DNA from: an uncultured delta proteobacterium | Lineage (GTDB): Bacteria > Desulfobacterota > Syntrophorhabdia > Syntrophorhabdales > WCHB1-27 | Assembly: GCA_963810935.1 (NCBI GenBank) | Contig: CAWEPK010000010.1 | Coordinates: forward strand, 288,001-352,000 | Length of the DNA: 64,000 nt | Reading direction: 5' to 3' | In this document: positions 10,891 through 20,786 of the stretch, piece by piece | Layout: every line of letters begins with the position of its first letter | Numbering within the stretch: the stretch's first letter is position 1 | Notes under the pieces: generated by a model | Seen by the model: only the letters and a program-made list of their open reading frames with translations | Told to the model about the DNA's origin: nothing | Databases searched by the model: none | Made by a program: the position numbers and the translations under genes

Positions 10891-10925
10891 TGCTTTCGTG
10901 TCTCTCATCGCTTTGGGGCCGCGGC

Positions 10926-11513
10926 CTACCAGTCCGGCATGGTCCGCGAGACAGGCGGGCCGTATTTGAAGGCAAAGTATCCCGTCCCCTCGGACTGCCA
11001 CTGGGCCAAGTCGCTCTCATAGCGCCTTATATCGTATTCGAGGAGCGCCTGGAGGTAAGTAAGGTCGATGGGGCTTGTCGACGTCATGCGGCGCACAATG
11101 TCGGCATTGCGTATCGGATAGTATGACTTGCCTACGGCCAGGTAGGCTTTGACTGCGTCCGCCGCCTCGGCATATCTGGCCTGCCGGTAAGATATGAGCG
11201 CCTTGTACGCCAGGACGCGAAGATAGACGTTCGACCCTCCCTTAAATGCCCCGGCCTTTTCAACAAAAGCGGCGGCGTTCGTCAGGTCGTTCACATTATA
11301 GGCAGCGGTAGCGGCAAAAGCATACGCGGCTGCGCTCGGCTGGGCTTTGGCAGACCTCATGAATAGCTCCTGGGCGACCGCGAATTCCCCGTCGTCGAGC
11401 GCACGCTTGCCCTCGTGCATATCGCTTTTCGCGCGCAACGAGGGCTGAGAGCAGCCAAGGGCAACCACGGTAAGAAGGGCCAGAATCGCTACAGCACGGG
11501 TTGTTTTTGCCAT
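10926..11513 (-). CDS. Lipoprotein with TPR-like helices
   Basis: AGGAGG RBS, lipobox ALGC, Ala/Tyr-rich helical repeats. Confidence 0.7.
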   Translation of the reverse strand: MAKTTRAVAILALLTVVALGCSQPSLRAKSDMHEGKRALDDGEFAVAQELFMRSAKAQPSAAAYAFAATAAYNVNDLTNAAAFVEKAGAFKGGSNVYLRVLAYKALISYRQARYAEAADAVKAYLAVGKSYYPIRNADIVRRMTSTSPIDLTYLQALLEYDIRRYESDLAQWQSEGTGYFAFKYGPPVSRTMPDW

Positions 11514-11663
11514 CTTCCGCACCTCCTCGGCGCTAACAATGTATCATTTCCTGTATTATAACGGCGTATTGATCCGGGGACAAAAAGCAATCTAAGTACC
11601 CGCGCGCTTTTGTCAAGCAGCGGCAGGCCCGCAAAAGGCGTCAGCCGGAAAAACAGCCGGACC

Positions 11664-11996
11664 TTAATAAACGACCTCCGCGCCCGGGCAGTTCTCCTTC
11701 AGCCACTCAACGTAGTCGCGGCTGCACTGCGCCCGGCGTGCTTCGGGGACAGGAGGCATGCAGTTCACATACCTGGTTTTGGGACAGGTCTTCTTCTGTC
11801 TCTCCTGTGGATCGGTCTTCCCGGTTTCGGGGAGCACCCTGCCCTGCGGCATCACCGCCGTCGAGGGGCCCGAGGACCGCTCGGCCTGGCAAAGCAGGAC
11901 GGCAGCCGGTCCGGCAGCATGCGCCGGTGCAGCAGGTCCGAGGCATGACAATCCGCCGACCAAAGTTAACAGAATGACGGGCCCGAGATACCTCAT
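11664..11996 (-). CDS. Small exported Cys-rich protein
   Basis: Signal peptide ending AHA; C-terminal CP..YVNCMP..C..Y..W..NCP. Confidence 0.55.
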   Translation of the reverse strand: MRYLGPVILLTLVGGLSCLGPAAPAHAAGPAAVLLCQAERSSGPSTAVMPQGRVLPETGKTDPQERQKKTCPKTRYVNCMPPVPEARRAQCSRDYVEWLKENCPGAEVVY

Positions 11997-12170
11997 GACA
12001 GATTTCTATCATACCGGCGGGTTTTTGTCATCTTTTCCGTCGACCGGGGCTGCTTTTAGGGCCTTTAAAAATCGCCTTCATTTTCGACCTTCATTAATGG
12101 TAATATCATCCCTGATACGGCGGGACGGAAACTACGCAAGCTAATGCCGGGCGAGCCGGGAGGTGCTGTC

Positions 12171-12701
12171 ATGGGGTCGTGGATGACGTGCGTTTGCGGT
12201 GGACTTATTCACCTCAACATGTTCGCGGGCACGCATATCTGCCAGTTGATAGAAGATGCGGACTACGACATGGTCGAGGACCCTGTCGACAGGGAAAAGA
12301 TAGAAGATCTCTATTTTAAGAAAGGTGTAACCGTCTACAGGTGCCTCACGTGCGGCCGCCTGGCAATAGACTGGGAGGACAACGGCAACGTCACGTTCTA
12401 CCTGCCCGAGCTGAAGCGGCCGGAAGCCGCACTTGTCGAATCGGAGAGGGGCGGGGCAGCGCCGGAACAACCGCAGGCCCGACCTACCGATGAGCGGCTA
12501 GCCGAACTCGAAGCCCTGGCGGAGGCCGAGTATGACCGGATGTACGACTCAAGAAGCCCCACAGGCGCTTACTCATCCGCGAAAGAGGCGTTCTACGCGG
12601 CCATCACCCTTGCAAGGCAACTGGGCCTCGAAGAGGACGCGAAGCGGCTGGAGAAACGCCTTCAGCACGTGAAGGATGTCTTCAGGCACCAGTTCTCATA
12701 G
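12171..12701 (+). CDS. Hypothetical two-domain protein (CxC/CxxC metal-binding N-terminus, helical C-terminus)
   Basis: GGAGG RBS before ATG 12171; CVCG...CLTCG, Pro/Ala linker, helical tail. Confidence 0.65.
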   Translation: MGSWMTCVCGGLIHLNMFAGTHICQLIEDADYDMVEDPVDREKIEDLYFKKGVTVYRCLTCGRLAIDWEDNGNVTFYLPELKRPEAALVESERGGAAPEQPQARPTDERLAELEALAEAEYDRMYDSRSPTGAYSSAKEAFYAAITLARQLGLEEDAKRLEKRLQHVKDVFRHQFS

Positions 12702-12725
12702 AGATTCTCCTGCGGCTCTGTTTTT

Positions 12726-13340
12726 TCAGCCCTCGGCTACGTCACCTTTAGGATAGCTTTTCATGCGGGCGCTCATCGCCTTTCCCAGCCAGGCGATGGT
12801 CGTGCCCAGGTCCAACATGTTCCGCAGGCCCTCCTGGTCGCCGGCCACTTCGCCTTTCTCAAGGCCGAAACCGAGGTTCCAGTACGTCGACCCGGGGATG
12901 ATGGCGCCTGACATGAGGAAAAGGTGGTTCATGGTGTCGAAGGCATGCGTGCCCCCGCCCCGCCGCACCGCCGCTACCGACGCCCCTATTTTTCCCCTGA
13001 GCAGGCCTCCGTTCGCAACGCTGACAAGGCCGACGCGGTCGATGAGCGCCTTCATCTCTGCCGTCACGTCCGTAAAATAGGTCGGGCTTCCCAGGATAAT
13101 GGCGTCTGAGGCAAGTATCTTTTCGAGGCAATCGTTGAAGACGTCCGTTTTTACGCTGCACCGGCCGTCCTTCGTATTGAAACAGCGGTAGCAGGCCGTG
13201 CATCCCCTGATCTTCTTTCCGCCGAGATGGATAAGCTCCGTCTCCCATCCTGCCTTCGATAACGGCTCCAGCACCTTTTTGAGCAGTATCTCTGTATTCC
13301 CTCCCCTGCGGGGGCTTCCGTTTATTGCTACAGCCTTCAT
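12726..13340 (-). CDS. Iron-sulfur flavoprotein / flavodoxin family (NADPH-dependent FMN reductase-like)
   Basis: INGSPRRGGNT, CTACYRC...C, GSPTYF, RRGGG. Confidence 0.9.
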   Translation of the reverse strand: MKAVAINGSPRRGGNTEILLKKVLEPLSKAGWETELIHLGGKKIRGCTACYRCFNTKDGRCSVKTDVFNDCLEKILASDAIILGSPTYFTDVTAEMKALIDRVGLVSVANGGLLRGKIGASVAAVRRGGGTHAFDTMNHLFLMSGAIIPGSTYWNLGFGLEKGEVAGDQEGLRNMLDLGTTIAWLGKAMSARMKSYPKGDVAEG

Positions 13341-13583
13341 GGTCTCTCCTCCAGGATATAAATAGTCACGCATGGGCCGGACAGCGCCCGGCAACGGCGA
13401 TAAAACAGCGCGCGTATATGGAGATTGTACCACTTTCGAGCTGCGACAGGCCAGGCGTTTTGCAATCGCGGCATCGACGGCAAAGAGATGGGTGTCGAAA
13501 AACATTTGACGTTTCGTGCAGCCTCGCGTATAACCGAAGAATGCCTGACGTTTGAGCGGGCCGTAGCCCGAAAGGAGCATACG

Positions 13584-14051
13584 ATGACAGGAAAAGCGAT
13601 TCAGGACTATTACCCTGAAGAATTTGCCCATTGCTTCGGGTGCGGGCCAAACAACAAAGACGGCTGGCAAATCAAGAGTTATTGGGAGGGCGAAGAAAGC
13701 GTCTGCCATTTCGCGCCGAAGCCCTTCTATACCGGCGGCTCGCCGGGGAACGCCTACGGCGGCTTTATCGCATCGCTGATCGACTGTCACAGCGCAGCAA
13801 CCGCCGCTGCCGCAAAATTGATTGAAGACGGTTTCAAGCTGGGCGACCGGCCCCTTTACCGCTTCGTAACCGCATCTCTGAAGGTGGACTATCTGAAGCC
13901 GACACCCATGGGGACCGTCCTGGAGGTTAAAGGCAGGGTCAAAGAGATCAAAGGCCGCAAGGTCACGGTTGCAGCGACCCTCTCTGCGGAAGGCGCAGTC
14001 TGCGCCCGGGGCGAGGCACTCATGGTGCAGCTGCGCGAAGACAGCGTATAA
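13584..14051 (+). CDS. PaaI family hot-dog thioesterase
   Basis: HCFGCGPNN, YGGFIASLIDCH, VTASLKVDYLKPTP. Confidence 0.85.
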   Translation: MTGKAIQDYYPEEFAHCFGCGPNNKDGWQIKSYWEGEESVCHFAPKPFYTGGSPGNAYGGFIASLIDCHSAATAAAAKLIEDGFKLGDRPLYRFVTASLKVDYLKPTPMGTVLEVKGRVKEIKGRKVTVAATLSAEGAVCARGEALMVQLREDSV

Positions 14052-14080
14052 TAAGAGAGGTCCAAAGAGAGGAGGCATCA

Positions 14081-14617
14081 ATGAGAAAGGCGGTCGTACT
14101 ATACTGGACCCATACGGGAAACACCGAGAAGGTGGCGATGGGCATCGAGCGAGGCCTGAGGGGCGGCGGGTTCGACACGGTCATCAGGAAGGTGCAGGAC
14201 GCCGAGGACGTAGATTTTTATGATTATGACCTGGTCTGCTTCGGCGTCCCTTCCTATAGCTGGCATCCTCCCAAGGCTGCCGACGATTTCCTCAAGGCAA
14301 AGTTCGCCCGCTACAAGTCGGAGGGAAGAATAAAGCTGAATGCTCCCCCGGTAAAAGGAAAGAGCGCCCTTGTTTTCTGCACCTATTCCGGTCCGCACAC
14401 GGGCATAAGAGAGGCCATGCCGGCAGGCAAGTATGTAGGTCAGTTCTTCGAGCACCTCGGTTTCGTCGTTGTGGATGAATGGTACGTCCTGGGCGAGTTC
14501 CACGGATCGGAAGAGAACAGCACGCTCGGGAGGATGGGAGATACCAGGGGCCTTCCGACCGACCAGGACATCAACCGGATAGAAGACCAGGCCAGGGCGC
14601 TCGCCGGCAGGATATAG
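14081..14617 (+). CDS. Flavodoxin domain protein
   Basis: YWTHTGNTEKVA FMN loop, YDLVCFGVPSY. Confidence 0.8.
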   Translation: MRKAVVLYWTHTGNTEKVAMGIERGLRGGGFDTVIRKVQDAEDVDFYDYDLVCFGVPSYSWHPPKAADDFLKAKFARYKSEGRIKLNAPPVKGKSALVFCTYSGPHTGIREAMPAGKYVGQFFEHLGFVVVDEWYVLGEFHGSEENSTLGRMGDTRGLPTDQDINRIEDQARALAGRI

Positions 14618-14677
14618 GGGCCGAGGCCGGCCCGTGCGCTCCTTCACTTTACCGCGCCGAGGATGCCGCGACGTGCT

Positions 14678-15364
14678 CTACGGTTTTCCCACCCAGGCGG
14701 AATAACCGCCCGACGTGTAGATGCACGCGAGGGGGTTATTGCCGAACACGCGGTCCTTCACCGCAAGCACAGTGCTCGGCGCCTCAGCATACTTGAAAAA
14801 CAGGGAATCGTGGCCGACGCATAGACCCAGGACGACGTTGAAGTCCGTGTGCGCGTTGTTCAGCAACATGGCCTGGAGGACCGGGTTGCACATCGGTTCC
14901 CGCTCGCCTATGAAGATCTTCTGATCGTCCCTCACGCCGATCGTTTCTTTCGGGACAGCCCCCGCCTTGCACGCAACAGAGGCCGTCTCGAAGCCATGGC
15001 TCTTTAATATGCGGTCGACAACGGCCGCCTCATCCGCCAGGCCGATGCAGAAGGCCAAGCCGATCTTCGAATAACCCATCTTGTGCGCAAACTCGCAGAT
15101 TTCGAGCATCCTCGGCTTGACGGGGTGCATCACGTAAGGCTTCTTCTCTCTGCCCGCGTAGCACTCCCCCTCCTGGATAGTTGCCTGCCGGGCAAACTCC
15201 GCGATCTCTTCCTTGCGGTACTCCTCCTGCGCTTTGCGCACATCAGCCTTTCTGCCAAGTGTCGGGCACGCCTTGCCGCCTGTGCCTTTGGGGTCCCTGC
15301 ACGCTCTCATGCCCTTTGGGACTTCGCAGACCGCGCACTCCGGTAGGGATTTCTTCGCCATCAT
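14678..15364 (-). CDS. DUF1847 family Cys-rich protein
   Basis: IGLAFCIGL, CNPVLQA, GLCVGHDSLF, VKDRV motifs. Confidence 0.85.
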   Translation of the reverse strand: MMAKKSLPECAVCEVPKGMRACRDPKGTGGKACPTLGRKADVRKAQEEYRKEEIAEFARQATIQEGECYAGREKKPYVMHPVKPRMLEICEFAHKMGYSKIGLAFCIGLADEAAVVDRILKSHGFETASVACKAGAVPKETIGVRDDQKIFIGEREPMCNPVLQAMLLNNAHTDFNVVLGLCVGHDSLFFKYAEAPSTVLAVKDRVFGNNPLACIYTSGGYSAWVGKP

Positions 15365-15601
15365 GGGCCTCCGTATTCGAGAATTGCCAAATTATATACC
15401 TCCGGCATCCAATTTTCTGCCTCATCCGTTTGCGTTTCTTCACCCGCAGCAGCGCGCTTGCAGGTTTCTCACCTTAATGATCGCACGTGTTTTCGCCGGT
15501 TACAAGGGTCCCCTTCAGGTAGCTCGAATCCTGGACAAGGTTATCTTGACGGGGTTTGCGAGGTCAAGCTATTATTGTGACATCGTAAGAAGGGGACACA
15601 A

Positions 15602-15976
15602 ATGATAGAGCAATGGCTGGAAGAGATAAAACGGACCGCCGATCCGGCTGAGCTGGGGATGATCCTCGTGCACAACGGCATCGTGAGGGGCACGTCGAAG
15701 AAGGGCGAAGCGGTCACGAAGATGCGCCTGACCTACGATGCCCCGGGCCTGGAAAAACTGATCGGAGAATACAGGCGGAAGGAAGGCATAGTCGGAATCA
15801 AGGCCTGGATAAACAGCGGAGAACTCAGCGTGGGCGACGACATTATGCTCGTACTGGTCGCCGGGAGGTTCAGGACCGATGTGCTGCCTGTTTTCGAATC
15901 CCTTATCGGCAAAATAAAGGGCGAGATCGTCAGCGAGCGTGAGATAAAACCGGACCCTCAAGGACAGGACCTTTAG
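15602..15976 (+). CDS. moaE: MoaE-like molybdopterin synthase subunit
   Basis: GMILVHNGIVR, GELSVGDDIMLVLVAG.FR. Confidence 0.75.
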   Translation: MIEQWLEEIKRTADPAELGMILVHNGIVRGTSKKGEAVTKMRLTYDAPGLEKLIGEYRRKEGIVGIKAWINSGELSVGDDIMLVLVAGRFRTDVLPVFESLIGKIKGEIVSEREIKPDPQGQDL

Positions 15977-16568
15977 GCAGGGTCAGACGGTTGCCCGGAA
16001 AGCGATGCCACTATCAGGTAGTGATAGGGCCCGAGGTCCTGCGCCTGCCCGGTCTTGAAACCGAAGCGCTCCAGGACGGTTTTGGTTTCGTTTTCGGAAA
16101 GCCGTATGCGAGCGGGCGGTCCCATCCCATCTTCGACCTTCTTGAACTCCACGACGGCAAACTTTCCGTCCGGTCTCAACACCCTGGCCGTTTCCCGCAA
16201 TGCCACCTCGCCCGTGCCGTCGCGCAACAGGTCATGCAGCACCGTTGCCATGAGGCAGATATCGACAGAGTCGTCGGGCAGCGGTATGCCTTTGTTCGCA
16301 TCCGCAAAGATAGTCTTGATATTTTCCAGGCCCAGGCTCGCGGCCCGCTCCCTGACCCTGGCAAGCCCCTCTTCCCAGGCATCCATGGCATAGACAGCCC
16401 GGCCGGACCGATGGCCTCCGCCAGGGCAATGGTATAATCCCCTTTGCCGCAGCCAACGTCAAGCAGGGCAGTCGATTCTCCTACCCGCAACTCGTCGAAG
16501 AAACGGGCACGGTCGATCATCTCGAACGTGCCATGGCCTGCGCCCGGCGGTTTATGGTCCTCTGCCAT
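15973..16568 (-). CDS. Class I SAM methyltransferase (one base missing near 16400 as assembled)
   Basis: LLDVGCGKG in one frame joins (V)YAMD...VLHDL...RVLRPDG in the next frame. Confidence 0.8.
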
Positions 16569-16676
16569 CAATATATCCTCCTTTTATCTTATGCGGCCGG
16601 GCGGCAAAGGTCAACCGCTGCCGGCAACCTAAGGTGTCTTGCTCATCGACCCTCGGCCGGAGAGCTTGATATCCCC

Positions 16677-16706
16677 TTGACAATGTTATGAACATATGTT
16701 TATAAT
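16677..16706 (+). promoter_or_regulatory. Sigma-70 promoter overlapped by a 20-bp palindromic operator
   Basis: TTGACA(16677)-N18-TATAAT(16701); TTATGAACATATGTTTATAA at 16686-16705 is palindromic with one mismatch. Confidence 0.7.
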
Positions 16707-16712
16707 ATCGAC

Positions 16713-17015
16713 ATGCCGAGACCAAAGAAATATAGATGTGTAAGCTGTCGCCCGGATGCCACGTATTTCAAGCCCAGGGGTATACCGCTCACTCAGCTCG
16801 AGGAAGTCTGCCTGAATATGGATGAGGTGGAGGCCCTGAGGCTTTGCGACCTGGAGGGGCGCTATCACGAGGCGGCGGCTGCACAGATGAAGGTATCGAG
16901 GCCCACTTTCGGCCGGATCATCAAGGAAGCGAGGCGAAAAACAGCCGAAGCCCTTCTGGGGGGCAAGGCCCTTAAAATAGAAACGAACATCAACAATGAG
17001 GAGGATACGCAATGA
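16713..17015 (+). CDS. DUF134 family DNA-binding protein
   Basis: MPRPKKYR, FKPRG, EALRLCD, MKVSRPTF HTH. Confidence 0.9.
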   Translation: MPRPKKYRCVSCRPDATYFKPRGIPLTQLEEVCLNMDEVEALRLCDLEGRYHEAAAAQMKVSRPTFGRIIKEARRKTAEALLGGKALKIETNINNEEDTQ

Positions 17016-17392
17016 AAGTATGTTTTCCGGTCGAGAAGAATGAAGGAATGAACAGCATGGTCTACGGCCATTTCGGCTCGGCCCCGGCGTTCGTCATGGT
17101 AGATACGGACGAGAAAGGCCTGACGGTCGTCGACAACAGGGACGTCAACCACGTGCACGGCGCGTGCAACCCCATCCAGGCAATTGGCGGCCAGGCGGTC
17201 GATGCGGTCGTTGTCGGCGGCATAGGCGCAGGCGCGATAAACGGGCTTAACGCGAAGGGCATCCAGGTTTATCGGGCCTCCGTGGGGACGGTCGGGCAGA
17301 ACGTTGAGCTTTTCAAAGCGGGCAAGCTCCCCATGCTTACGCTCCAGCACGCGTGCGGCGGGCACAGCACCGGCGGCTGCGGCCACCACTAA
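17012..17392 (+). CDS. NifB/NifX family (dinitrogenase FeMo-cofactor-type) protein
   Basis: HFGSAPAF, VVVGGIGAGA, His/Cys tail. Confidence 0.85.
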   Translation: MKVCFPVEKNEGMNSMVYGHFGSAPAFVMVDTDEKGLTVVDNRDVNHVHGACNPIQAIGGQAVDAVVVGGIGAGAINGLNAKGIQVYRASVGTVGQNVELFKAGKLPMLTLQHACGGHSTGGCGHH

Positions 17393-17409
17393 GAGAACGA
17401 GGGGGGACT

Positions 17410-17642
17410 ATGCCGATCTATGAATACGTCTGTAAGAAATGCGGAGAAGTAACGGAGCACCTGGTGCTGGGCAAGGCGAAGACCCTGCCTGCAAGGGATG
17501 CGGAAGTCAAGAGGTCGTAAAGCTCATGTCCGCGGCGAACGTCGGGGCCGCTTCCCCGTCGTTCTCGCCGCCCCAGGCAAGCGGCGGCTGCTGCGGCTCG
17601 CCAGGCTCCTGCGGGAACCCGGGAAGCTGCTGCTCCGGTTAG
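17410..17642 (+). CDS. FmdB family zinc-ribbon protein (frameshift near 17472 as assembled)
   Basis: MPIYEYVCKKCG continues in another frame as CKGCGS...KLMS...CCG..CG..CC. Confidence 0.8.
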
Positions 17643-17819
17643 GAAGGGGAACTGTCCCTCGGATAAGGTGCTGTAGTAAAGAGCGGGCGCAGGTAATATC
17701 GAACACTGTAAAAGATATTGCCGGCGCCCGTTTTATATTGCCGGGCAGACCCACTTCAGATCGCCCGGCTGCATCTCTTCCGTCACGCACTATTCTCGGG
17801 CCATTGACATTAACGTTAT

Positions 17820-17836
17820 GTTAAGCTAAGATTAAC
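17820..17836 (+). promoter_or_regulatory. Candidate enhancer (UAS) GTTAA-N7-TTAAC upstream of dsrA
   Basis: GTTAAgctaagaTTAAC about 80 bp upstream of the -24 element; same motif and spacing at 34171-34187. Confidence 0.55.
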
Positions 17837-17915
17837 CTTAACGGGGTGTCCCTGCAAAAAACTCTATTTCCAAGTATTTACACGTTCCATTCGGTCCATT
17901 TAGGGGCCAATATCA

Positions 17916-17931
17916 CGGCATATACCTTGCA
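17916..17931 (+). promoter_or_regulatory. Sigma-54 (-24/-12) promoter for the dsr operon
   Basis: CGGCATATACCTTGCA: GG-N10-GC with TTGCA -12 element. Confidence 0.7.
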
Positions 17932-18051
17932 TTCACATATCGGAGAGATTACAAACAGGATATATTAACGTCCGCTCAGATATATGGACCGCGCCCTCCA
18001 AAACCGGGGTGCCGGCCATGCAGCGGCTTTATGACTACCCAGGAGGACCCC

Positions 18052-19212
18052 ATGACTGACGACACCCCCCTGCTCGACGACCTCGAGAAGGGACCATGGC
18101 CGAGCTTTGTTAAGGAGATGAAGCGGGCTGCAAAGAAGAACCCCGCGGCAAAAGATCTCCTTAAGATCCAGGAGCGCTCCTATCATGACCGGGTAACCCA
18201 CTGGAAGCATGGAGGCATAGTGGGGGTTACAGGCTACGGGGGAGGCGTAATAGGCAGGTACTGCGATGCGCCCGATGACTTCCCATTCGCCGCTGCCTTC
18301 CACACCATGCGGATCAACCAGCCCGCAGGCTGGTTCTACACAACGGACGCCCTCCGGAAGATCTGCGACATATGGGAGAAGTACGGAAGCGGCATGACCA
18401 ACTTCCACGGCTCCACAGGGGACGTCATCCTCCTGGGCACCACCACGGAGAACCTCCAGCCCTGCTTCGACGAGCTTACCGAAGCAGGCTTCGACCTGGG
18501 CGGCTCCGGCTCCGCGCTTCGCACCCCCGCTGGCTGCATAGGCCAGGCCAGGTGCGAGTATGCCAATATCGACACCTTAGACCTTATCTACGACCTCACC
18601 ATGACCTACCAGGACGAGATACACCGCCCCCGCTGGCCCTATAAGTTCAAGATCAAGGCGTCCGGCTGCCCCAACGACTGCGTTGCCGCCATAGCAAGGG
18701 CGGACTTCACGATCATAGGCGCCTGGCACGACTCTCTCCGTATAGACCAGGAAGGGGTAAGGACCTATGTGAAGGATGGTCTGGACATAGACTCCCTCGT
18801 AGTCCGCAAGTGCCCCACCGAGGCCCTTGACTGGGACGGTACTACCTTAAAGCTCATCCCTGAGGACTGCGTCCGCTGCATGCACTGCATAAACACCATG
18901 CCGAAGGCCCTAAGGCCCGGCATAGTCAAAGGGGCAACCATCCTGATAGGCGGCAAGGCCCCTATCTTAAAAGGCGCCAACCTCTCCTGGGTGCTTGTCC
19001 CCTTCATGGAGATAAAACCCCCCTATACGGAAGTAAAGGACCTCCTTGCCAAGATATGGGACTGGTGGGACGAGCACGGAAGGACGCGCGAGAGGGTAGC
19101 CGAGACCATACAGAGGATCGGCCTGAAGGAGTTCCTAAAGGCGGTCGACCTTCCCCCCGTGCCCCAGATGGTCAATAAACCGAGAGCCAATCCCTATGTG
19201 TTCTTCAAATAA
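18052..19212 (+). CDS. dsrA: Dissimilatory sulfite reductase alpha subunit
   Basis: [27 protein letters not shown], CxxxxxC and GCPNDC siroheme-FeS ligands, CVRCMHC; AGGAGG RBS. Confidence 0.97.
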   Translation: MTDDTPLLDDLEKGPWPSFVKEMKRAAKKNPAAKDLLKIQERSYHDRVTHWKHGGIVGVTGYGGGVIGRYCDAPDDFPFAAAFHTMRINQPAGWFYTTDALRKICDIWEKYGSGMTNFHGSTGDVILLGTTTENLQPCFDELTEAGFDLGGSGSALRTPAGCIGQARCEYANIDTLDLIYDLTMTYQDEIHRPRWPYKFKIKASGCPNDCVAAIARADFTIIGAWHDSLRIDQEGVRTYVKDGLDIDSLVVRKCPTEALDWDGTTLKLIPEDCVRCMHCINTMPKALRPGIVKGATILIGGKAPILKGANLSWVLVPFMEIKPPYTEVKDLLAKIWDWWDEHGRTRERVAETIQRIGLKEFLKAVDLPPVPQMVNKPRANPYVFFK

Positions 19213-19222
19213 GGAGACAACC

Positions 19223-20288
19223 ATGAGAAAGACCGATATAGGACCCCCCGACTTCAAAACGATGCTCCCCGACGTGATCAAGGACAACTACGGCAAATGG
19301 AAGTACCACGAGATCGTAAAGCCGGGCGTCCTCCGCCATGTCTCGGAATCAGGCCAAGAGGTCTACTCCATCCGTGCAGGCTCCCCCAGGCTCGTCTCTA
19401 TAGACTTCATAAGGGACCTCTGCGATGTGGCCGATAAGCACTGCAACGGCCACCTCCGCTTTACAAGCCGCCACAACATAGAGTTCATGACCCCGGACAA
19501 GATCAAAGGTGGAGCCTATTATCGCAGACCTCACAAAACTGGGCCTCCCCATAGGCGGGACGGGCAAGTGCATCTCGAACATCGTCCACACCCAGGGGTG
19601 GATCCACTGCCACAGCGCGGCAACCGACGCATCGGGCATAGTAAAAGCAGTCATGGACGCCTTCCACGACCAGTTCACCGAGATGAAGCTACCGAACCAC
19701 CTTCGGATATCCCTTGCCTGCTGCATCAACATGTGCGGTGCGGTCCACTGCTCCGACCTTGCCATAGTGGGCGTACATACGAAGCCCCCCCGGCCCGACC
19801 ATGAGAGGGTGCTCGCCCAGTGCGAGATACCTACAACCATACAGTCCTGTCCCACAGGGGCGATCCGAAGGCACCCGGATGCTGACATAAAGAGCGTGGT
19901 TGTCCGCGAGGACCTCTGCATGTACTGCGCCAACTGCTTTACCGTCTGCCCGGCCATGCCGCTTGCCGACGGGGATACGGACGGTGTCGCCATTTACGCA
20001 GGGGGCAAGGTGCCCAATGCCAGAAAGCCCCCGATGTTCTCCCGCATGGTAGTCCCCTACCTGCCCAATAACCCTCCCAGGTGGCCCGAGGTAGTGGACG
20101 TCCTCAAGAGGATAGTCGATGTCTATGCATCATCCGCCAGGCCGACCGAGAGACTGGGCGAGTGGATCGAGAGGATAGGCTGGGAGGCCTTCTTCAAAAG
20201 GACCGAGATACCCTTCACCGAGCAGCACATAGACGACTTCACCCATGCAGTGGAGACTTACAGGACTACCACGCAGTTTAAGTGGTAG
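19223..20288 (+). CDS. dsrB: Dissimilatory sulfite reductase beta subunit (one extra base near 19502 as assembled)
   Basis: [19 protein letters not shown], then shifted frame [31 protein letters not shown]. Confidence 0.95.
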
Positions 20289-20293
20289 GGGGA

Positions 20294-20431
20294 ATGATGC
20301 ACTTTCTTCCTTTTTATGAGGGGGTGGCTCCGGCGGCTTCGCCGCTGGAGGGGGCGACGATAGCCCCGGTAATTGCCGACTTTACCCATGTAGTCGAGAC
20401 TTATAGGACTACCACGCAGTTTAAGTGGTAG
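20294..20431 (+). CDS. Putative 45-aa mini-protein ending in a copy of the DsrB C-terminus
   Basis: [45 protein letters not shown]; preceded by AGGGGGA. Confidence 0.35.
   Translation: MMHFLPFYEGVAPAASPLEGATIAPVIADFTHVVETYRTTTQFKW
20315..20377. repeat. 63-bp palindromic interspersed repeat, copy 1
   Basis: 55/63 identical to 27374-27436; hairpin CTCCGGCGGC-TTC-GCCGCTGGAG. Confidence 0.85.
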
Positions 20432-20456
20432 GGGGAAATGATCAGGAGGTTTAACA

Positions 20457-20773
20457 ATGCCTAAGACAAATTAGGTGGAAAAGAAATAGAGATCGATGAG
20501 GACGGCTTCATCCAGGAGCCGGAGAAATGGAACAAAGAGGTGGCGGAAGACTTGGCAGTAACCGAGCATGCCTCTCCCATGGGAGAGGAACACTGGAAGC
20601 TCGTCAACTATCTGAGGGAATACTACCTCAAGTATGAGATCGCCCCTCCCGTCCGTATGCTGGTGAAGCAGACAGGCTTAGACCTCAAGAAAATATATAC
20701 GCTGTTTCCCGGCGGACCGGCGAAAGGGGCGTGCAAAATAGCGGGCCTGCCCAAACCGACGGGCTGCGTGTAG
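20457..20773 (+). CDS. dsrC: DsrC sulfur carrier (one base missing near 20470 as assembled)
   Basis: MPKT..LGGKEIEIDEDGF...LFPGGPAKGACKIAGLPKPTGCV with both C-terminal Cys; AGGAGG RBS. Confidence 0.93.
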
Positions 20774-20786
20774 GGGGCAATACGGC

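Larger units (their letters stand above)
20235..20442 (+). repeat. Direct duplication of the dsrB 3' end (20235-20298 and 20378-20442)
   Basis: 54-nt coding stretch GACTTCACC...TGGTAG repeated 143 bp downstream with 4 mismatches, plus the shared GGGGAA(A)TGAT tail. Confidence 0.9.

Noticed and set aside
12726..14081. 451-aa minus-strand ORF as one protein
   Set aside because: Only the part from ATG 13340 is a flavoprotein; the rest is the antisense shadow of the thioesterase gene.
20235..20442. dsrB 3' duplication as a diversity-generating retroelement TR/VR pair
   Set aside because: Sense-strand mismatches are C/T and G/C rather than adenine-specific, mostly synonymous, and no reverse transcriptase is in the window.
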